DNA from: Bacteroidales bacterium
GTDB taxonomy: Bacteria; Bacteroidota; Bacteroidia; Bacteroidales; Azobacteroidaceae
Direction: 5' to 3'
Assembly: GCA_031553755.1 (NCBI GenBank)
Contig: JAVBKZ010000021.1
Location: forward strand, 28,251 to 92,250
Length of the DNA stretch: 64,000 nt
Shown: positions 56,059 through 63,743 of the stretch, piece after piece
Position numbering within the stretch: position 1 is the first letter of the stretch
Layout: each line of letters begins with the position of its first letter
Program-made: the position numbers and the translations under genes
Notes under the pieces: model-generated
Told to the model about the DNA's origin: nothing
Seen by the model: only the letters and a program-made list of their open reading frames with translations
Databases searched by the model: none

Positions 56059-56076
56059 AATTACATACATGTAATT
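56059..56076. promoter_or_regulatory. Perfect 8+8 palindrome AATTACAT-AC-ATGTAATT immediately upstream of the regulator gene
   Basis: Read directly. The 2-nt spacer is too short for an RNA hairpin loop, so a dimeric protein site is more plausible than a terminator. It ends 15 nt before the ATG at 56091. Confidence 0.4.
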
Positions 56077-56090
56077 TACTGTTGAAAGTT

Positions 56091-58616
56091 ATGTTTGGAA
56101 AAAAATACATAATACTTATAATTATCCTGTTATATTCTTTTCATTTGTTTTCGAAGAAACAAATTAATGGACTTTTGTTCTCTTCAAGCGAGGAAAGAAT
56201 AAATGATCGTACCTCTTTGATTTTATTTGACGATAGTCCTTTGAAATTGAAAGATGCTTTTCGAATTGATTTCGATTTAGCGATATGGGATATTAAACAG
56301 TTTGGCTATATACTACGGATAATAAACGAAAATAAGCAAGAGATTAATTTTTCGTTTGTGAATTTCTATGGTGAAGATAAAATTTATTTAGATTTTCATA
56401 GCCCGATAACACACGAATCTGTTCAAATACCATTTTCGGTACAAGACATTGAGGAAAAACGTTGGTTGCCAATCAGCATTATTTTCGATCTTAAAAAAGA
56501 TCGGGCTGAGGTTGTCTCAAAAGACTCTTCTTATATATGTAAATCGATCGGTTTGCAAAATCCCTCCCGCATAAAATTGGCTTTTGGATTATACGGACTC
56601 AATTTGGATGTACCACAAATGGCAATCCGGGATATTCGGATTGGAGAAGTAGGTGGAAGAATACACAACGTTCCCTTGGATGGATTAAGGAACGAAATTG
56701 TACATGATGACAATGGCAAGGTAAGAGGGATTTCTAAAAATCCTAAGTGGTTGGTATATAAACATTATTATTGGGAAGAGAAAGCTGTATTTGAATCCGA
56801 CCCTACTACCGGAATAGCTTATGATTCGAGCCGGAATAATGTTATTGTAGTAGATAAAGATGCTATCTTCAGCTATTCGATGAGATATGATAATGAAAGA
56901 AAAGTTCTCATAAAAGATTTTCCTTTCGCGTTGAATTCGGGTGAAGCTATTTATGATGATAAAACGAACTTGTTGTATGTCTATAATTTAGAACAAAAAA
57001 CGCCGGATAGCCCAACTATGGCTATTATCAATATGGTAAATAATAAAATAGAATATAAACATGCCTCCATGAGTCACCGTCTATATCATCACAATGCTTT
57101 TATGGGCACTGAAAAAAAAGGTTTTTATATTTTCGGAGGTTATGGCAATCATTCATATTCGAATAAAATATTAAAATATAACATTCAAACAGATAGTTGG
57201 GAACAAGTGGATTTTACCGGAGATGAAATATATTCCCGATACTTTTCAGCCTCAGGTCAAGGGAAAGAGCCATCGCAAATATTGATTATGGGTGGAATAG
57301 GAAACGAATCCGGTAAACAAGAACATGGAGGACGGCATTTGTCTGATTTGTTTTCATTAGATATCGAAACAAAACAGGTAAAAAAGATATGGGATATAAA
57401 AGATGTCCATTCGGGTTTTGTTCCTTGTAGTAATTTGATACTCAGTGAAGACAGTACACATTTTTTTACTCTATGTTATCCACAGCATGAAGTAAATTCA
57501 ACATTGCAATTATATAAATTCCGACTTTCCGATGGAAGCTATGAAGTTGTAAGTGATACGATTCATATCAATGCGGAACAAATGGAAACATCAGTTTATT
57601 TGTTCTATAATAAACAATTGAAAGAATTTTATACTGTTATCAGAGAAAATAATGTGGATAGAAAAGCAAAAATATTGATATATTCACTCTTGTCTCCTCC
57701 CGTAAATTTTTCAGAATTAAAATCAGAAGAAAATCAGTCAATATTTTATTGGGTTCTATTTTCATCTTTATTTCTTATAATCGCTATATCAGCCATCGTG
57801 TTATTGTTACGGAAAAAAAGACGTAGAACGGAATTATTGGCCTTGTTAGAAAAAAATTATCAGGAGGAAAAAAAGTCTCAATCAAAAAAAGAAGTAGATA
57901 AGAAAAATGCGATTTTTATTTTTGGAAATTTTGCTGTGTATGATAAAAATAACAGAGAAATAAGTTATCGGTTTAGCTCGAAATTAAAATCGCTTTTCGC
58001 GTTGATACTTTTTTACAGTATTGAAGATGATGGAGTTTCAACGGATATGATGTCTTTTTCATTGTGGCCGGACAAAGACCTTAACGGCGCAAAAAATACA
58101 AGAGGAGTCACAATTAACAGACTGAGAAATATTCTTGCTGATATTTCAGGGATAACGCTGTTTCATCAAAACTCTAAATGGTATTTCTCATTTGATTCTG
58201 ATTTCTATTGTGATTATTTAGAATACCGGAAAAGTATCAAAAATATTAAAAAAGAAATGATCGATGAAGATGAGTGTATGTCTAATTTGTCGGATATAAT
58301 AAACAGAGGACCCTTTTTCCAAAATATACAGGAAGATTGGATTGATAGTTACAAACATGAATATGAGAGTGAAATAGAAAATATACTTTGGAATTATATA
58401 GTCAAATTAAATGAAAGCAAAAAATATGTGAAAGTAATTGAGTATTCTGAATTATATTTCATCATAGATTCCTTGAATGAAGATGTTCTTAGACTATGTA
58501 TACATGCCATGCAAAAAATAGGCAAAAAAGAGCAAGCTATTACACTGTATAATAAATTTGTTGCGAATTATAAAAAATTAATGGGAGAAGACCCGATTTT
58601 ATCTCAACCAATGTAA
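56091..58616 (+). CDS. Membrane-spanning one-component regulator: periplasmic lectin-like + Kelch-type sensor, one TM helix, cytoplasmic OmpR/SARP-type winged helix + BTAD-like domain
   Basis: The ORF opens with a TTG at 56082; the ATG at 56091 is preferred. N-terminal anchor KKYIILIIILLYSFHLF. ConA/LamG-like segment (INGLLFSS..FRIDFDLAIW..LAFGLYG). Kelch-like repeats (FYIFGGYGNHSYSNKILKYNIQTDSWEQV, ILIMGGIGNESG..LSDLFSLDIETKQVKKIW). TM helix IFYWVLFSSLFLIIAISAIVLLL followed by RKKRRR. wHTH-like IFIFGNFAVYDKNNREI..LKSLFALILFYS..VSTDMMSFSLWPD..TRGVTINRLRNIL. Helical BTAD-like end (..LRLCIHAMQKIGKKEQAITLYNKFVANYKKLMGEDP). Confidence 0.65.
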   Translation: MFGKKYIILIIILLYSFHLFSKKQINGLLFSSSEERINDRTSLILFDDSPLKLKDAFRIDFDLAIWDIKQFGYILRIINENKQEINFSFVNFYGEDKIYLDFHSPITHESVQIPFSVQDIEEKRWLPISIIFDLKKDRAEVVSKDSSYICKSIGLQNPSRIKLAFGLYGLNLDVPQMAIRDIRIGEVGGRIHNVPLDGLRNEIVHDDNGKVRGISKNPKWLVYKHYYWEEKAVFESDPTTGIAYDSSRNNVIVVDKDAIFSYSMRYDNERKVLIKDFPFALNSGEAIYDDKTNLLYVYNLEQKTPDSPTMAIINMVNNKIEYKHASMSHRLYHHNAFMGTEKKGFYIFGGYGNHSYSNKILKYNIQTDSWEQVDFTGDEIYSRYFSASGQGKEPSQILIMGGIGNESGKQEHGGRHLSDLFSLDIETKQVKKIWDIKDVHSGFVPCSNLILSEDSTHFFTLCYPQHEVNSTLQLYKFRLSDGSYEVVSDTIHINAEQMETSVYLFYNKQLKEFYTVIRENNVDRKAKILIYSLLSPPVNFSELKSEENQSIFYWVLFSSLFLIIAISAIVLLLRKKRRRTELLALLEKNYQEEKKSQSKKEVDKKNAIFIFGNFAVYDKNNREISYRFSSKLKSLFALILFYSIEDDGVSTDMMSFSLWPDKDLNGAKNTRGVTINRLRNILADISGITLFHQNSKWYFSFDSDFYCDYLEYRKSIKNIKKEMIDEDECMSNLSDIINRGPFFQNIQEDWIDSYKHEYESEIENILWNYIVKLNESKKYVKVIEYSELYFIIDSLNEDVLRLCIHAMQKIGKKEQAITLYNKFVANYKKLMGEDPILSQPM

Positions 58617-58698
58617 AAAAATATTTATATATCAACACGCTTGCTATTTTTGTGAAAAATATCATAAAATAGCCGGATTAATGTTTTTTAAGAGTTTA

Positions 58699-58717
58699 TT
58701 AACCCATTATTTAACCC
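58699..58717 (+). promoter_or_regulatory. Heptamer direct repeat TTAACCC-ATTAT-TTAACCC (second copy of candidate operator)
   Basis: Identical to 35519-35537 except for one spacer base. Preceded in both cases by A (ATTAACCC). It ends 21 nt upstream of the -7 box at 58739. Confidence 0.6.
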
Positions 58718-58738
58718 AAATAGTAATACTGTATATTA

Positions 58739-58746
58739 TATATTTG
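58739..58746 (+). promoter_or_regulatory. -7 box TATATTTG of the second DUF4965 gene; no -33 TTTG at the expected position
   Basis: Exact TAnnTTTG match 53 nt upstream of the ATG at 58799. The -33 position is flanked or occupied by the heptamer repeat. Confidence 0.5.
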
Positions 58747-58798
58747 GTAATAATTTAAATAAATTTTTATATTATTGACTTTAGAGCTAAATTTACAC

Positions 58799-61279
58799 AT
58801 GAAAAAAAATCTTCCAATTTTATTATTAAGCATCATTTTGCTTATCTCATGCGGAAACAACAAATGTGAATTTGTTAAAAATGATTTGCGAGCTCCGGCT
58901 TATCCGCTTATTACGATTGACCCTTACACAAGTGGATGGTCATTTACGGATAATTTGTATGATGGATCAGTGAAACACTGGACAGGGAAGGACTTTCCTT
59001 TAATCGGACAAATAAAGGTAGATGGAGAAACTTATCGTTTCATGGGAATTGAAGAATTGGAATTGAATCCGCTCGTGCCGACTTCGGAACAAGGTGACTG
59101 GAGTGGAAAATATACAGAATCTAAACCGGCTAACGACTGGATCAAAAATAATTTTGATGATTCGAAATGGAAAAGCGCGAAAGGCGCTTTTGGTACTACG
59201 CACAATGAACCTACATCGAAAACACATTGGGAATCAGAACATATATGGATAAGACGTGCAGTTACTATTGACCAGGATTTGAAAGGAAAAAACATATATC
59301 TTGAATATTCAAACGATGATGGCGCTGAATTTTATATCAATGGAATTTTGGCTTTTGAAACCGGAAATACTTGTAACAAAAATAAAATGGCGAAACTTTC
59401 TCCCGAAGTTGTGAACTCGCTTGTTGTGGGAGAAAACCTTATCACGGCGCATTGTCATAATCCGGTAGCTAACGGATTAATTGATTTTGGATTATTGGTC
59501 GAAAAAGAAAAACAAAACGCCATGAAACAAACCGCGGTTCAGAAATCAGTAGATGTTCAGGCGATGCAAACCCGTTACAAATTCACTTGTGGAACTGTAG
59601 ATTTGAATTTGACTTTCACTGCTCCGCTGTTTATGAACAATTTAGATTTAATGACTCGTCCGGTAAACTATATTACTTATGAAGTAATTTCGAATGATAA
59701 ACAAGCGCATGAAGTAGAAATTTATTTTGAAGCGTCTCCTCAATGGGCGTTAGATCAACCATATCAACAAGCAGTCAGTGAGCGTTTTGAAGAAGATGGT
59801 TTGGTATTTATGAAAACAGGAAGTGTCGACCAAAATGTCTTGGTTAAATTTGGCGATGATGTCCGTATAGATTGGGGATATTTTTATATGGCTTCCGAAA
59901 AAGAAAATACAAAAACCGACATTGGCAATGGCGAATCTTTAAGAAATGCTTTCATAAGTGGAAATTATAACAACAATACCAAAGGAGAAAATGAAAATGC
60001 GAAATTAGCATTGGTAAAAAAACTCGGAAAAACGAAACAATCTTCCGGAAAAATAATGATTGGTTATGACGATATTTATTCCATTCAATACTTCGGAGAA
60101 AATTTACGTCCTTATTGGAACCGCAATAACAACGAAACGATTCTTTCTCAATTCAAGAAAGCAAATAAGGAATATGAAAAATTGATGAAAGAATGTTGTG
60201 AGTTCGACAATGATTTAATGAAAAAAGCCACAGCGTCCGGAGGAAAGAAATATGCCGAACTTTGTGTTTTAGCATACCGTCAGGCAATTTCGGCTCACAA
60301 ATTAGTGCAAGCTCCTAATGGCGATTTATTATTCTTATCGAAAGAAAATAATAGCAATGGTTCTATCGGAACAGTAGATATCACATATCCATCTGCTCCT
60401 TTATTCCTGTGTTACAATATTGAGTTAGCTAAAGGATTGATGAATCATATTTTTTATTACAGTGAAAGTGGAAAATGGGCCAAGCCTTTTCCTTCTCATG
60501 ATGTAGGTACTTACCCTCGTGCAAACGGACAAACTTATGGAGGAGATATGCCAGTGGAAGAATCCGGAAATATGTTGATATTGGCCGGCGTTATTGCCAA
60601 GTTGGAAGGAAATGCCGATTACGCGAAAAAACATTGGAATGTATTGTCGGTTTGGGCTGATTATTTGGCGGAAAAAGGATTAGATCCGGAAAATCAACTT
60701 TGTACGGATGACTTTGCCGGACACTTCGCGCACAATACCAACCTTTCTATTAAAGCCATTTTAGGAGTAGCTTCTTATGGTCATCTGGCAGATATGCTCG
60801 GAGATAAATCAGTTGCTGAGAAATATATTTCAAAAGCTCGTGAAATGGCGCAGGAATGGGCTAAAATGTCGGATGATGGAGATCATTACAGACTGACTTT
60901 TGATAAGCCCGGAACATGGAGCCAAAAATATAATCTTGTTTGGGATAAATTGCTTAAATACGACATTTTCCCGAAAGAAATAGCTGAAAAAGAAATAAAA
61001 TATTATCTCACGAAACAAAATCAATATGGTTTGCCGCTCGACAATAGAGAAAGCTATACAAAAGCCGACTGGATTATATGGACTGCTACCATGGCGAATG
61101 ACAATGCTACTTTTGAGAAATTTATAGATCCGCTTTATTTATTTATGAATGAAACAAAAGATCGCATTCCTATGTCTGATTGGGTATTCACGGATAAACC
61201 CTATCATCGCGGTTTTCGTGCGCGTTCGGTTGTAGGCGGATACTACATAAAAATGCTTGAAGAAAAATTAATGAAATAA
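58799..61279 (+). CDS. DUF4965/DUF5127/DUF1793 (glutaminase-A-like) lipoprotein, paralog of 53537-56050
   Basis: The ORF opens at 58775; the ATG at 58799 gives MKKNLPILLLSIILLISCGNN (lipobox). Colinear with 53537-56050 over the whole length (LRAPAYPLITIDPYTSGW, IWIRRAVTI..YLEYSNDDGAEFYINGI, YPSAPLFLCYN, VEESGNMLILAGVIA, YNLVWDK, YGLPLDNRESYTKADWIIW). Confidence 0.7.
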   Translation: MKKNLPILLLSIILLISCGNNKCEFVKNDLRAPAYPLITIDPYTSGWSFTDNLYDGSVKHWTGKDFPLIGQIKVDGETYRFMGIEELELNPLVPTSEQGDWSGKYTESKPANDWIKNNFDDSKWKSAKGAFGTTHNEPTSKTHWESEHIWIRRAVTIDQDLKGKNIYLEYSNDDGAEFYINGILAFETGNTCNKNKMAKLSPEVVNSLVVGENLITAHCHNPVANGLIDFGLLVEKEKQNAMKQTAVQKSVDVQAMQTRYKFTCGTVDLNLTFTAPLFMNNLDLMTRPVNYITYEVISNDKQAHEVEIYFEASPQWALDQPYQQAVSERFEEDGLVFMKTGSVDQNVLVKFGDDVRIDWGYFYMASEKENTKTDIGNGESLRNAFISGNYNNNTKGENENAKLALVKKLGKTKQSSGKIMIGYDDIYSIQYFGENLRPYWNRNNNETILSQFKKANKEYEKLMKECCEFDNDLMKKATASGGKKYAELCVLAYRQAISAHKLVQAPNGDLLFLSKENNSNGSIGTVDITYPSAPLFLCYNIELAKGLMNHIFYYSESGKWAKPFPSHDVGTYPRANGQTYGGDMPVEESGNMLILAGVIAKLEGNADYAKKHWNVLSVWADYLAEKGLDPENQLCTDDFAGHFAHNTNLSIKAILGVASYGHLADMLGDKSVAEKYISKAREMAQEWAKMSDDGDHYRLTFDKPGTWSQKYNLVWDKLLKYDIFPKEIAEKEIKYYLTKQNQYGLPLDNRESYTKADWIIWTATMANDNATFEKFIDPLYLFMNETKDRIPMSDWVFTDKPYHRGFRARSVVGGYYIKMLEEKLMK

Positions 61280-61285
61280 AATATT

Positions 61286-61391
61286 AGCCACGGAATATAC
61301 ATAAGGATACTTTGTGTTTTTAATAGATTGAATCCCAATGAAACAAGTTAATTGATAATTTTCCGCATAATCACAGTATATTCCGTGTGCT
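61286..61391. repeat. Intergenic word-periodic hairpin element (CACGGAA/CATAAGG words)
   Basis: CACGGAATATAC (within 61286-61316) is the perfect complement of GTATATTCCGTG (within 61363-61391). The flanking words CATAAGGATACTTTGTG and CCGCATAATCACAG resemble words of the other elements. Confidence 0.5.
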
Positions 61392-61415
61392 TTTAAAATA
61401 TCCTTATAGTACGGC

Positions 61416-63728
61416 ATGAAAAAGAAAAAGTTTAATTCGATCATCTTAATTTTAACTGTATTTTTTGCTCTGAATACAAAAGCGAATAATCCGGTTAATT
61501 ATGTGAATCCATTGATGGGAACCTTGTCGAAGCATTCGTTTTCAAATGGAAACACTTATCCGGTAATAGCTTTACCTTGGGGAATGAATTTTTGGGTACC
61601 TCAAACCGGTGATATGGGAGATGGATGGTCGTATACTTATACTTCGGATAAGATAAAAGGATTCAAGCAAACTCACCAGCCAAGTCCGTGGATAAATGAT
61701 TACGGACAATTTTCCATTATGCCGGTAACTGGGAAAGCGGTTTTTGACCAAAATGCGAGAGCCAGTTGGTTTTCGCACAAAGCTGAAATTGCTAAACCTC
61801 ATTACTATAAGGTATATTTGGCAGATCATGATGTCGTAACCGAATTAACTCCTACAGAACGCGCTGTTATGTTTCGTTTTACTTTTCCGGAAAATGAAAA
61901 TTCATATATTGTTATAGATGCGTTTGACAAAGGCTCATATATGAAAATATTTCCTGAAGAAAATAAAATAATAGGTTACACAACGAAAAACAATGGAGGA
62001 GTTCCTGATAATTTCAAGAACTATTTTGTAATCAAGTTTGATAAACCATTTAGTTATATCGCTTCGGTAAGTGACGGTAAGATAAGCAAAGACCTCACAG
62101 AAAGTAATTCGAATCACGCGGGCGCTATTATAGGTTTTTCTACAAAAAAAGGAGAAAAAGTACATGCTAAAATCGCGTCTTCTTTCATTAGTTTTGAACA
62201 AGCTGAAATAAACCTGAAAGAATTAGGAAAAGACAGTTTTGAACAAGTTGTCGAAAAAGGAAAAAAAAGATGGAATGAGGTATTGGGAAAAATTCAGGTA
62301 GAAGACGATAATATAGACAATTTGCGTACTTTCTATTCTTGTCTTTATCGTTCGGTTTTGTTTCCGCGTGCGTTCTATGAATATGACGCGACAGGAAAAA
62401 TAGTCCATTATAGTCCATATAACGGAGAAGTATTACCCGGTTATATGTTTACCGATACTGGATTTTGGGATACGTTCCGTTGTCTTTTTCCTTTCCTCAA
62501 TTTACTATATCCTTCAATGAACGAAAAAATGCAGGAAGGATTAGTCAATGTATATAAAGAAAGCGGATTCCTTCCGGAGTGGGCAAGCCCGGGCCATAGG
62601 GGTTGTATGGTTGGAAATAATTCCGCTTCAATTGTAGCTGACGCTTATTTAAAAGGATTGAAAAATTATGATATAGAAACTCTTTGGAAAGCTGTTAATC
62701 ATGGAGCGAATGCTGTTCATCCGAAAATCAGTTCGACAGGAAGATACGGATACGAATATTACAATAAATTAGGTTATGTTCCTTATGATGCCGGAATCAA
62801 TGAAAATGCCGCGCGTACATTGGAATACGCTTATGATGATTGGTGTATTTATCAATTGGGACAAGCTTTGGGAAAGCCTAAAAAGGAAATAGACATTTAT
62901 GCCAAACGAGCCATGAATTATAAAAATTTATATGATTCCGAATACAAATTAATGCGTGGGAAAAATCAGGATGGAACATTTCAATCTCCATTCAATCCAT
63001 TGAAATGGGGAGATGCCTTTACCGAAGGAAACAGTTGGCATTACACATGGTCGGTTTTTCACGACCCTCAGGGATTGATTAATCTGATGGGAGGAAAAAA
63101 GGAATTTAACCAAATGATGGATTCTGTATTCAATGTTCCGCCATTGTTTGATGAAAGTTATTATGGAAGTGTAATACACGAAATCCGAGAAATGCAGGTT
63201 GTAAATATGGGAAATTATGCGCATGGCAATCAACCCATCCAACACATGATTTACTTGTATAACTATTCGGGTGAACCTTGGAAAGCTCAGTATTGGATAC
63301 GCGAGGTGTTGGATAAGTTGTATTTGGCAACTCCCGATGGATATTGCGGAGATGAAGACAACGGACAAACTTCGGCCTGGTATGTTTTCTCTGCTTTAGG
63401 ATTTTATCCTGTATGCCCCGGAGCTAATCAATACATTTTAGGAACCCCTTTATTTAAGAAAACGACATTGAATTTGGAGAATGGGAACCAAGTTACGATT
63501 GAAGCCCCAAATAATGATAAAAATAGAAGATATATTCAGTCGATGAATTTCAATAATACTTCGTATAATAAAAATTACCTGAAACACGAAGATTTGAAGC
63601 AGGGAGCAAAAATAAAGTTTATCATGTCCGAAACGCCGAATATGCGGCGAGGCATCAATGAAGAAGATTTTCCGTATTCGTTTACGAATGAATTGTTAAA
63701 GGAAAAGAAAAGTAATAAAACGAAATAA
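61416..63728 (+). CDS. GH92 alpha-mannosidase
   Basis: Signal peptide. GH92 motifs VNPLMGT..GNTYPVIALPWGMNFW, GNQPIQHMIYLYNYSGEPWKAQ, YCGDEDNGQTSAWYVFSALGFYPVCPG. Confidence 0.9.
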   Translation: MKKKKFNSIILILTVFFALNTKANNPVNYVNPLMGTLSKHSFSNGNTYPVIALPWGMNFWVPQTGDMGDGWSYTYTSDKIKGFKQTHQPSPWINDYGQFSIMPVTGKAVFDQNARASWFSHKAEIAKPHYYKVYLADHDVVTELTPTERAVMFRFTFPENENSYIVIDAFDKGSYMKIFPEENKIIGYTTKNNGGVPDNFKNYFVIKFDKPFSYIASVSDGKISKDLTESNSNHAGAIIGFSTKKGEKVHAKIASSFISFEQAEINLKELGKDSFEQVVEKGKKRWNEVLGKIQVEDDNIDNLRTFYSCLYRSVLFPRAFYEYDATGKIVHYSPYNGEVLPGYMFTDTGFWDTFRCLFPFLNLLYPSMNEKMQEGLVNVYKESGFLPEWASPGHRGCMVGNNSASIVADAYLKGLKNYDIETLWKAVNHGANAVHPKISSTGRYGYEYYNKLGYVPYDAGINENAARTLEYAYDDWCIYQLGQALGKPKKEIDIYAKRAMNYKNLYDSEYKLMRGKNQDGTFQSPFNPLKWGDAFTEGNSWHYTWSVFHDPQGLINLMGGKKEFNQMMDSVFNVPPLFDESYYGSVIHEIREMQVVNMGNYAHGNQPIQHMIYLYNYSGEPWKAQYWIREVLDKLYLATPDGYCGDEDNGQTSAWYVFSALGFYPVCPGANQYILGTPLFKKTTLNLENGNQVTIEAPNNDKNRRYIQSMNFNNTSYNKNYLKHEDLKQGAKIKFIMSETPNMRRGINEEDFPYSFTNELLKEKKSNKTK

Positions 63729-63743
63729 TTAGATATAATTTAC

